The translations under genes were made by a program, and so were the position numbers. Shown here one piece after another: positions 32,518-40,666 of a stretch of 64,000 bases of DNA (position 1 is its first letter; every line of letters begins with the position of its first letter). The DNA is from Candidatus Spongiisociaceae bacterium (lineage in GTDB: Bacteria > Actinomycetota > Acidimicrobiia > Spongiisociales > Spongiisociaceae): the NCBI GenBank assembly GCA_965262915.1, contig OZ253564.1:3072001-3136000 (forward strand). Reading direction: 5' to 3'. The notes beneath the pieces were generated by a model, which made no database searches, had not been told where the DNA came from, and worked only from the letters and a program-made list of their open reading frames with translations.

Positions 32518-33744
32518 GTGGACGGATACCTGACGCGCCTCGTGGATCCCTGGATCGCGGAGCTACTCGCCTCGGCCCCTGCGGTGATGATCACAGGGGC
32601 GAGGGCCGCAGGTAAGACCACGACCGCGCTCCGGCACGCGTCGAGTGTCGTTCGGCTCGACAACGAGCAAGAAGCCGGCCCCTTCAGGGCGGACCCTGAT
32701 GCTGCATTACGAGACCGCCCCGAGCCGGTGCTGTTGGATGAGTGGCAGGAGTGTCCCGAGGTGCTCGGCGCCGTGAAGCGGGCAATCGACACCGAACGAC
32801 GGGCGGGCCGGTTCATTCTGACCGGTTCGGTCCACTCTGATACCGATCCGGCTCTGTGGCCGGGCGTCGGTCGGCTCATCAGAGTCACGATGCACCCGTT
32901 GGCTGTCCGCGAGCAACTCTCGTGTAGAGGGCGCCTGTTCCTCGACCGGCTCCTCACCGATGACCCGACGGAGCCGCCCGCGGACACTCCCGACTTGCGC
33001 GGATACGCCGAGATCGCCTTGCGGGGCGGATTCCCCGAGCCGGCCATCCACCTTCGAGGCCGGGTCCGCGACGGCTGGCTCGCCGCTTACGTCGAGCAAC
33101 TCACCCAGGGCTCACCGAGACCCGGCAGAGTACCCGACGCCGCCCGGCTCGGCGCCTTCTTGCGGGCTTATGCCCTGAACTCGGCGGGTGTCGTCAGCGA
33201 TACGACCCTCTATCAGGCCGCCGGAATCAACCGTCGTACCGCCATCGGCTACACGAAGCTGCTCACCGACCTCGGCGCCATCGCCGAACTCCCCGCATGG
33301 AGTAGCAACCGCATCAAGCGTCTAACCCGAGGACCGAAGCGATACATCGCCGACACGGGGCTGTGGGGAGCGGCCGTTGGAGCGGATCCCGCCTTGGTCA
33401 TGAGTGACGGACTCCTTCTGGGCCGTCTTATCGACACCTTCGTGACCAACCAACTGAGGGCCGAAGCCGCGGTCGATCCGAACCGGCCACACCTCCACCA
33501 CCTGCGGGATCGCGAAGGTCGGCACGAAGTGGATCTCATCGCTGACCTGGGAGCCCGAGGGCTGGTCGCGATCGAGGTCAAGGCCCACAGCGCGCCGTCG
33601 CTCAAAGCGGCTCGGCACCTCGTCTGGCTACGCGACCGGCTGGGCGACCAGTTCCTGGCAGGCGTTGTCCTGCACACGGGCCCGGAGCCCTTCCAACTTG
33701 CCGACCGGATCCGGGCTATCCCGATTAGCGCACTCTGGAACTGA
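32518..33744 (+). CDS. AAA_14-type ATPase with DUF4143 C-terminal domain
   Basis: GARAAGKTT, LLDEWQ, FILTGS, GGFP, KRYIADTG, HEVDLI...AIEVKA. Confidence 0.9.
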   Translation: MDGYLTRLVDPWIAELLASAPAVMITGARAAGKTTTALRHASSVVRLDNEQEAGPFRADPDAALRDRPEPVLLDEWQECPEVLGAVKRAIDTERRAGRFILTGSVHSDTDPALWPGVGRLIRVTMHPLAVREQLSCRGRLFLDRLLTDDPTEPPADTPDLRGYAEIALRGGFPEPAIHLRGRVRDGWLAAYVEQLTQGSPRPGRVPDAARLGAFLRAYALNSAGVVSDTTLYQAAGINRRTAIGYTKLLTDLGAIAELPAWSSNRIKRLTRGPKRYIADTGLWGAAVGADPALVMSDGLLLGRLIDTFVTNQLRAEAAVDPNRPHLHHLRDREGRHEVDLIADLGARGLVAIEVKAHSAPSLKAARHLVWLRDRLGDQFLAGVVLHTGPEPFQLADRIRAIPISALWN

Positions 33745-33864
33745 GTCAAACCCGCAGGACTGCAGGGTCGGCGTTACCCGCGGCTGCCCAGTCCCCCACT
33801 AACCTCGACAGCGCGATTGGAAAGAAGCCGGTCGGACCCGACAATCACATCACAGGAGTCTCTC

Positions 33865-35289
33865 ATTACCTCACACCCTCTCTACTGCGATCTGCTCGTT
33901 ACGGGCGGAGTGGTGGTCACTGTGGACGACCGGCGCCGGGTGATCGATCCGGGAGCGGTCGCCATTGCCGGAGAACGGATCGTCGCGGTCGGTAGCGCCG
34001 CCGACCTGGGCGGTTACCGGGCGAAGCGCGTCATCGATGCCAAGGGGAAGGCGGTACTCCCTGGCTTGATCGACACCCACCAGCATCTCTTCCAGTACCT
34101 GCTGCGGGGTCTGGGCGAGGGACTGGAGCTATGGCCGTGGCTGTCCGACTTCATGTGGCCGGTCACCACCACGATCTCCACTGACGAGGCCCGGATCGGA
34201 GCACAGATCGGAGCGGTGGAAGCGGCCCGCTCAGGAGTCACCACGGTTCTGGACAACCACTACGCACCCACCGATTTCGACTCGACGATGGCGGTGGCCG
34301 GCGCGATCGAGGAGGTCGGGATCAGGGGCGCGGTCGCGCGGGGCATGACCGGAGAGCTGACCGGGATGGCAGCCAAGCATGGCCTCGCCGGTGAGTTGTT
34401 CCGATACTCGAACCGCGAGGAGATCGAGATCAGCCGGGCGTGCATAGCGGCGCGACCGCCGACCAGCCGCGTGGGGGTCTGGCCGGCGCCGCTCAACATC
34501 ATCTATGTGGACCAGCGTCTGGTGGTGGAAGCAGTGGCTCTGGCCCGGGAGAAGGGCACCGGCTGGCACTCGCACTGTTCGGAAGCCTCCAACGATCCGG
34601 TCTTCTACCTCGAGGAATACGACCGCCGTCCGGTGGTATGGATGGCGGAGCAGGGTCTGCTGGGTCCCGAGACCACGCTGGCACACGGCATCTTCCTGGA
34701 CGATCAGGAGGTTGAACTGGTCGGGGACTCACGCACCGGCATCGCCTACTGCCCGATCTCGCACCAGTACATCGCGCTAGGCGTCATGCGCCTGCGCGAC
34801 CTGAGGAGCGCCGGGGCGACCGTGGGTCTGGGCCTCGACGGGGGCAGCGGCCACCGCTTGGACATGTTCGCCTGCATGAAGCAGGCGGTACTCCTGCAGC
34901 GTGTGCACTCGCAGAACCCCACCGAGTCGAACGGCGAGGAGGCCATCGAGCTCGCCACCCGCGTCGGCGCAGAGTACATGGGGATCGACGCCGGGGTCAT
35001 CGCGCCCGGAAAGCTGGCCGATCTGGTGATCGTCGATCAGTCCGGTCCGCACCATGCACCGCTCCACCGCACCGTCGCGTCCGTCGTCTACTCCACGAGC
35101 GCCGCCGACGTGACCCACACGATCGTCGGTGGAGAGGTGGTCTTCGAGGACGGCCACTGCACGAAGGTGGACGAGGCGGAGGTCATCGAGGAGGCGAACG
35201 GTCGGGCGGCCGATCTCGTCGTACGAGCCGGACTGGGCCCGCTCCTGGAACCGTGGCGGATGGGACCGGCACCCGGGGGGAGCCGGTGA
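33865..35289 (+). CDS. Atz/Trz (MTA/SAH deaminase-like) amidohydrolase, probable ATT start
   Basis: PGLIDTHQH, HSHCSE, AHG, GLDG, PGKLADL; AGGAG RBS 6 nt before ATT. Confidence 0.88.
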   Translation: MTSHPLYCDLLVTGGVVVTVDDRRRVIDPGAVAIAGERIVAVGSAADLGGYRAKRVIDAKGKAVLPGLIDTHQHLFQYLLRGLGEGLELWPWLSDFMWPVTTTISTDEARIGAQIGAVEAARSGVTTVLDNHYAPTDFDSTMAVAGAIEEVGIRGAVARGMTGELTGMAAKHGLAGELFRYSNREEIEISRACIAARPPTSRVGVWPAPLNIIYVDQRLVVEAVALAREKGTGWHSHCSEASNDPVFYLEEYDRRPVVWMAEQGLLGPETTLAHGIFLDDQEVELVGDSRTGIAYCPISHQYIALGVMRLRDLRSAGATVGLGLDGGSGHRLDMFACMKQAVLLQRVHSQNPTESNGEEAIELATRVGAEYMGIDAGVIAPGKLADLVIVDQSGPHHAPLHRTVASVVYSTSAADVTHTIVGGEVVFEDGHCTKVDEAEVIEEANGRAADLVVRAGLGPLLEPWRMGPAPGGSR

Positions 35290-35708
35290 GACCCCAACCG
35301 GACTCGGTCCGGATGGTGGCCGTCGTGGGGGCGGGCGTCATGGGCCACGCCATCGCCCGGGTCTTCGCGCAGGTCTGACCGTCCACCTGGTCGATCCGCC
35401 AGACCTGATTCCCGAGAGCCGCCGGAGCATGGGCCTCGACGGGTCGCTCTAGGAAAGTGCTGAGAAACCCCCGTTGGCTCGACGGTCGATGACAAAATGC
35501 CACGTCAGCGGACGACGGGCCAACCGATTCCCCGTTTTCCAGCATTCTCCTACCTGGCGGACCCGGTGGAGCGCGGCTACTTCGGTCCCGCGCGGGCGCC
35601 GGATTCTAGGACTACTGCGGCCGCGCGGAGGTGCTGCGCAAACGGGACCTGGCACACCCGGCGGTCGTCGACACTTTCGAGGCGGCCGATGCTCTCGACC
35701 CGGTGTGA
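35286..35708 (+). pseudogene. 3-hydroxyacyl-CoA dehydrogenase-family pseudogene with its middle replaced by a MITE
   Basis: N-part VAVVGAGVMGHAIARVFAQ/GLTVHLVD; C-part LADPVERGYFG/AGAGF*DYCGRAEVLRKRD; frameshifts and stops. Confidence 0.72.
35449..35553 (-). mobile_element. MITE family A
   Basis: Near reverse complement of 16787-16892; flanks are CTAG...CTAC. Confidence 0.82.
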
Positions 35709-35746
35709 GTTTCCCCAGCCATTCCCTCGGAATGTAAGGTGCGAGG

Positions 35747-36562
35747 GTGACTGCAGACACTCCCCTGCCCGCGGGCTCGCCATCCGGCCTCGCCCAGGCC
35801 ATAGAGATCGCAGGTGTTACCAAGCGGTTCACGATGTCGAGACGGCAGTTCCTGGTGGCGGTCGACGACATCGATCTCTCGGTGGCGCAGGGAGAGTTCG
35901 TTGCCATCATCGGTCCGTCCGGATGCGGCAAGTCGACCATCCTCCGGATGCTGGCCGGTCTGGAGAGGCCGACGGCGGGAACCGTGCAGCTCAACGGGGC
36001 GTCGCCCGCCGAGTTGGTGGCTGCCCACCGCCTCGGGGTTGCCTTCCAGGAGCACGCCCTCCTGCCATGGCTCTCCGCATGGGACAACATCGCCCTCCCG
36101 TTCCGGGTAATGGGCGCCAAGCCCGACGCCGACCGCATCTCCTCCCTCATCCGTCTGGTGGGGTTGAGCGGTTTCGAGAGGGCCCGACCCAAACAGCTGT
36201 CCGGCGGTATGCGGCAGCGGGTCGCCATAGCCAGAGCGTTGGCTCTCGAGCCCGAACTGCTGCTGCTGGACGAACCGTTCGGGGCGCTCGATGCGGTGAC
36301 GAGGCGCCGGATGAACCTGGAACTCCAATCCATCTGGGCGGAGCAGCGCATCACCTCCGTCCTCGTGACGCACTCCGTTGACGAAGCTATCTTCCTGGCC
36401 GACCGGGTCATCGTGCTCACCGAACGACCCGGCCGGATCAAAGTCATCGAGAAGGTCCCCTTCGGCCGGCCCCGGAGCCGGGAGTTGATGACCACCGAGG
36501 AGTTCCATTCCCTCGCTGACAAGCTGATGCTCGCCATCGACACCGGTGAGGGGACCGATTGA
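35747..36562 (+). CDS. ABC transporter ATP-binding protein (TauB/SsuB-like), no cognate permease adjacent
   Basis: GPSGCGKST, LSGGMRQR, LLLDEPFGALD, VTHSVDEA. Confidence 0.92.
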   Translation: MTADTPLPAGSPSGLAQAIEIAGVTKRFTMSRRQFLVAVDDIDLSVAQGEFVAIIGPSGCGKSTILRMLAGLERPTAGTVQLNGASPAELVAAHRLGVAFQEHALLPWLSAWDNIALPFRVMGAKPDADRISSLIRLVGLSGFERARPKQLSGGMRQRVAIARALALEPELLLLDEPFGALDAVTRRRMNLELQSIWAEQRITSVLVTHSVDEAIFLADRVIVLTERPGRIKVIEKVPFGRPRSRELMTTEEFHSLADKLMLAIDTGEGTD

Positions 36563-36841
36563 CGGGAGGAGCCCGGTGCGCCGTAGCCCGGTCCGGGCCT
36601 TCCTTCCGATGCCCGCAGGCCGTCTGGCCGGTCCGGTCATGGTCGGGGTGGCACTCAAGTAGGATCAAAGAGACCTGTGTCCTGCCGGCTCCTGCCGCGC
36701 CCGGACGGATCGTTCGACCGATCGATGCGACTGTTCGGCCGGTATGCGGGTAGGTTGCGGGACGGCAAGCGCTCCCGGTCGTTCTGCTCCCGGACAGGCC
36801 AGCTGCCCCCGATGCGGCGATATGACTCGAGAGGACTCCCC

Positions 36842-37807
36842 ATGACCGAGATCGAAGCGACTTGGGACTTTCGGGACCCGTACCTCTGGATGCAGAAGAC
36901 GGCCCGAAGTGCGCTGCCGCCCCTGATCATCACTGCCGCGATCAGCGGAGGCGGCCACGGTAAGGAGTCCAACCCGGCCCTCCCCGAAACCCCGGAGGAG
37001 CAGGCGGAGGAAGCGCGCAGGGCCTACGAAGCCGGCGCTTCACAGATCCATGTGCACGCCCGCGATCCGAACGACTGGAGCCAGTGCGCCGGCAACCCGG
37101 AGGACTACGGGCGGGTGAACCGGATGATCCGCGAGCAGTGCCCGGACGTGATCATCAACAACAGCACCGGAGGCGGTCCCACGTTGACCACCGAGGAGCG
37201 TTACTCACCCCTGTTCGCCGACCCGGCCCCCGATGTGGCAACGCTCAACCTCGGCCCGTTCGTCTCCAGGTTCACGATGCCCGAGCGCCCCGCCCATCTA
37301 CCCCACCCGCGCGGGCCTGTCGAGTACGACATGTGCAGCGGGACGACCTACGGCGAACTCAACCACTACGCGTCCGTAATCGCCGAGCGAGGAATGAAGC
37401 CCGAACTGGAGGTTTACGATCCGGGCCAGTACTGGGTGCTCCGAGACCTCATCTACAACCACAACGTCACACCGCCATACATGGTGCAGTTCGTCCTCGG
37501 CGCCCAGACCGCCTCGTTCCCGACCCCTGCCAACCTCACGTCGCTGATCAACGAGCTACCGGCCGGAGCTCTGTTCTCGGTGATCGGCACGGGCCCCTTC
37601 CAGATCCCTATGAACGTCCTCGGAATTCTCCTTGGAGGCCACGTTCGGGTGGGACTCGAGGACAACATCTACTACCGGAAAGGCGAGAAGGCGACCGGTA
37701 ACGCCCAGTTGGTGAGCCGCATCCGCCGTATCGCTGAGGAGATGAACCGCGAGATCGCCACCCCGGCCCAGGCACGCAGGATGCTGGGCCTTCCCCAGGT
37801 CGCATGA
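36842..37807 (+). CDS. Beta-keto acid cleavage enzyme (BKACE / Kce family)
   Basis: IITAAISG, NPALPETPEE, AGASQIHVHARD, NSTGG, KPELEVYD, GGHVRVGLEDN. Confidence 0.93.
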   Translation: MTEIEATWDFRDPYLWMQKTARSALPPLIITAAISGGGHGKESNPALPETPEEQAEEARRAYEAGASQIHVHARDPNDWSQCAGNPEDYGRVNRMIREQCPDVIINNSTGGGPTLTTEERYSPLFADPAPDVATLNLGPFVSRFTMPERPAHLPHPRGPVEYDMCSGTTYGELNHYASVIAERGMKPELEVYDPGQYWVLRDLIYNHNVTPPYMVQFVLGAQTASFPTPANLTSLINELPAGALFSVIGTGPFQIPMNVLGILLGGHVRVGLEDNIYYRKGEKATGNAQLVSRIRRIAEEMNREIATPAQARRMLGLPQVA

Positions 37808-37835
37808 CCTCGACCGAGACGGCCCGGGCGACTGA

Positions 37836-39173
37836 GTGAACAGCAGCAGCCCGCGCCGCCAGGTTCTCGATGTCGGATCGTTCGAGGTCCGCGAGGTGAA
37901 TGCAGGTTCGACAACGTCGTTGCGCGACGGAGTGCTCACCATCGACACCGACGACCTCGCTGGGAGACTGGTGGACGGGACGAACTTCGCTTCGGTCTCG
38001 GTGGACATCGTGCGGCCCGGCGACTCCGTGCGGGTCATCAACGCTATCGATGCCGTGGAACCTCGTATCAAGGTCGATCCCCCCGGCACTGACTTCTCCG
38101 GTCTGCTGACGGGTCCGCGGCAGGTGGGCCTGGGCACCACTCATGCGCTCAAGGGCGTGTCGGTGGTCGAGACCGCGCTCCCGGTTCCGGGCGAACCCGT
38201 CTACTGGCGGGAAGCGGTCTTCGACATGGCGGGAACGAGCGCGAAATACTCACCGTTCTCGGATCTGGCCAACGTGGTGGTGTCCTGCGAACCGACCAGG
38301 GACCTGCTGGAGAGCAGCGGACGCCCCACCAACCTGTTCGAAGGGACACCGGAGGCGGTCGAATACAACAGGGCCGTCCGCTTAGCGGGGCTCAAGGCTG
38401 CCAAGTACCTGGCCGCGACGACGCTCGGACAGACACCCGACCGGGTGGATACGTTCGATCTGGCACCGTTGCCGGACAGCGAACTACCGGCCGTGGTCTA
38501 CCTGTACCAACTCGCCATCCCCTACCTGCACGGGGAGATCGCACCGGGTGCCGGCGCTATAGGTGGAGCGGCGCACCTCCCCACCCCTATCCACCCCAAC
38601 GAGTTGCTGGACGGGGCCCTGGTGTGCGGATGGAACGCGATCGCCTGCATGCGGGAACTCACCTACACCGTCCAGAACCACGCCATCGTCAAGGATCTGT
38701 ACGCCCGCCACGGCAAGGAGATCGACTTCCGCGGGGTGGTGCTGTTCACCAACGGGGACTCGCGGGCCAGCAAGGAGCGCCTCGCCAACCACGCAGCCGG
38801 CCTGGCGATAATGATGGGCGCCGAGGGTGCGCTGATCAACTACGCCGGGGGCGGGCATCCCGCCGTCGACGCCATGATGATCTGTCGGAACCTCGAGAGG
38901 AGAGGCGTGACCACCACCATGCTGTCCATGGAGATGGCTGCCAATCCCGGAGAGTCGGGGTTCGTCCATTTCGTCCCCGAGGCGGACGCCATCGTGAGTA
39001 CCGGGAACTACGAGGAAACCGTGACGTTCGAGGCGGTCGACCGGGTGATCGGCGGCGATTCCCTCATCCGGATCGATGGTGATCCCGCCGGGGCGTTCGA
39101 CGCTCCGCTGGCCATCGTGCTGGCGAGCACCCACCAGTTCGGTCACACCCGTATAAGGGGAGAGGAGTACTGA
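37836..39173 (+). CDS. Glycine/sarcosine/betaine reductase component B proprotein-like subunit (GrdE/GrdI-like)
   Basis: VRPGDSVRV...DAVEPRIKV, G.THALKGVSV, HPNELLDGALV, QNH...LYARHGKEIDFRGV, GGGHP, EADAIVSTGN. Confidence 0.88.
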   Translation: MNSSSPRRQVLDVGSFEVREVNAGSTTSLRDGVLTIDTDDLAGRLVDGTNFASVSVDIVRPGDSVRVINAIDAVEPRIKVDPPGTDFSGLLTGPRQVGLGTTHALKGVSVVETALPVPGEPVYWREAVFDMAGTSAKYSPFSDLANVVVSCEPTRDLLESSGRPTNLFEGTPEAVEYNRAVRLAGLKAAKYLAATTLGQTPDRVDTFDLAPLPDSELPAVVYLYQLAIPYLHGEIAPGAGAIGGAAHLPTPIHPNELLDGALVCGWNAIACMRELTYTVQNHAIVKDLYARHGKEIDFRGVVLFTNGDSRASKERLANHAAGLAIMMGAEGALINYAGGGHPAVDAMMICRNLERRGVTTTMLSMEMAANPGESGFVHFVPEADAIVSTGNYEETVTFEAVDRVIGGDSLIRIDGDPAGAFDAPLAIVLASTHQFGHTRIRGEEY

Positions 39174-39182
39174 GAGGCGCCC

Positions 39183-40511
39183 ATGGCCGGCATAGTTCAC
39201 TATCTCAACCAGTTCTTCGGAGGTCTCGGCGGCGAGGACCGGGCCGGAATCGGACCTGTGAGCGAAGCGGGCCCGGTCGGTACGGGCAGGGGCCTGGTCC
39301 GGTTGCTGGAAGGAGGCAACCGGATCGTAGGAACTGTCATCTGCGGCGACAACTACATCGCCCAGGGCGGCGAGGCGGTGGTCGACGAGGTCCTTGATCT
39401 GATATCGGCCCACGACCCGGATGTGGTAGTGGCCGGACCGGCGTTCGGATCCGGACGGTACGGCCTGGCCTGCGGCGCGGTCTGCCGGGCGGTGATCGAA
39501 CGGCTGGGCATACCGGCGGTGACGGCCCTCCATGCCGACAGCCCCGGCGCCCACGAGTTCCGCCCTTGGGTACCCGTCATCCCCACCGCCCAGACCGCGG
39601 CGGGGATGGGCGCGGCCCTCCGCGAAATGGCCCGCCTGGCGAACAAGCTGGGCCGGGGCGAGGAACTGGGCGGCGCCCGGGAGGAGGGTATCCTCACCAA
39701 GGGCCTCCGGCGCAACATCTTCGAGGATAGGAGAGGTTCCACCCGGGCAATCGAGATGCTGCTCGCCAAGATGCGCGGCGAGCCGTTCGAGACCGAGTGG
39801 CCCCTGCCCCGCTACGAGCCCGCCGAACCCGCCGAGCCGTTGGCAAAGGGCCGACACTTCCGGCTGGCGCTGGTGACCGAAGCGGGAATAGTCCCGGCAG
39901 GCAACCCCGACCGGCTGCCTTCGGGATGGGCTAGCGACTGGCTGAAGTACCCGATCGAGGGCAGGGACGGTTTTGCAGAAGGCGAATTCGAGTCGGTGCA
40001 CGGCGGGATCGACACCAGTCTCGCCAACCGCGATCCCGACCGCCAGGTCCCTCTGGACGCCACCCGGTTGCTGGAGACCGACGGCCGCTTGAGCCTTCAC
40101 GATGAGCTGTTCACCACCACGGGCAACATGGGTTCGCTCCGGGACATGACCCGTATGGGCGCCGAGATGGCACGGGCGCTGGTGGCGGACGGGGTCCAGG
40201 CGGTGATCGTGGGGGCCACCTGAGGGACGGGTACGCGTAGCGGGTCTACGCTGGCGAAGTCGATCGAGAACCAGGGAATCCCGGCCGCGCTGGTCACGGC
40301 TCTGGTGCCCCTGGCCGAGTCGGTCGGCGTCCTCCGCATCGTGGCGGGCACGGCCGTCACGCATCCGTTCGGGGACCCTGAGTTGGAGACCGCCGACGAA
40401 CTCGATTACCGCAGGCGGGTGGTGGAAACGGCCATCGCAGCACTCGAGGCGACCGTGTCGGAACCCACGGTGTTCGAAGTCGGCCGCCCGGCGCCGGCCG
40501 CGGTGTCATGA
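39183..40511 (+). CDS. Selenocysteine-containing reductase component B subunit (GrdB/GrdF/GrdH-like), Sec at TGA 40221-40223
   Basis: VHYLNQFFGGLGGED, ICGDNY, AGPAFGSGRYGLACG and HGG.D; GrdB homology continues in frame past TGA (AT-U-GTGTRSG...GIP...RIV...HPFGDP); SECIS hairpin downstream. Confidence 0.88.
40235..40251 (+). promoter_or_regulatory. Bacterial SECIS-like hairpin
   Basis: GCGTAG-CGGGT-CTACGC, a perfect 6-bp stem with a G/GU-containing loop, starting 11 nt after the in-frame TGA. Confidence 0.75.
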
Positions 40512-40577
40512 GCTGTTTTGGTGGCCGCATCGGGCTCGCAGCCGACCCCGGAAGGGGGAAAGTGTGGTGCGCCCGGC

Positions 40578-40641
40578 CTCGGAGGGTGCTCTAAACGGTA
40601 GGGAGCAACGGCATTCCAGCCGTTCCTGTGCACCCTTCTAA
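40578..40641 (+). mobile_element. MITE family C, short derivative
   Basis: GGAGGGTGCTCTAAACGGTAGGGAGCAACGG...GCACCCTTC-TAA. Confidence 0.65.
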
Positions 40642-40666
40642 GGTGAGGCAGCCGAGAGGAGTGACG

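Noticed and set aside
40305-40511. Separate 68-aa ORF after the GrdB-like ORF
   Set aside because: It is the in-frame C-terminus of the selenoprotein beyond the UGA.
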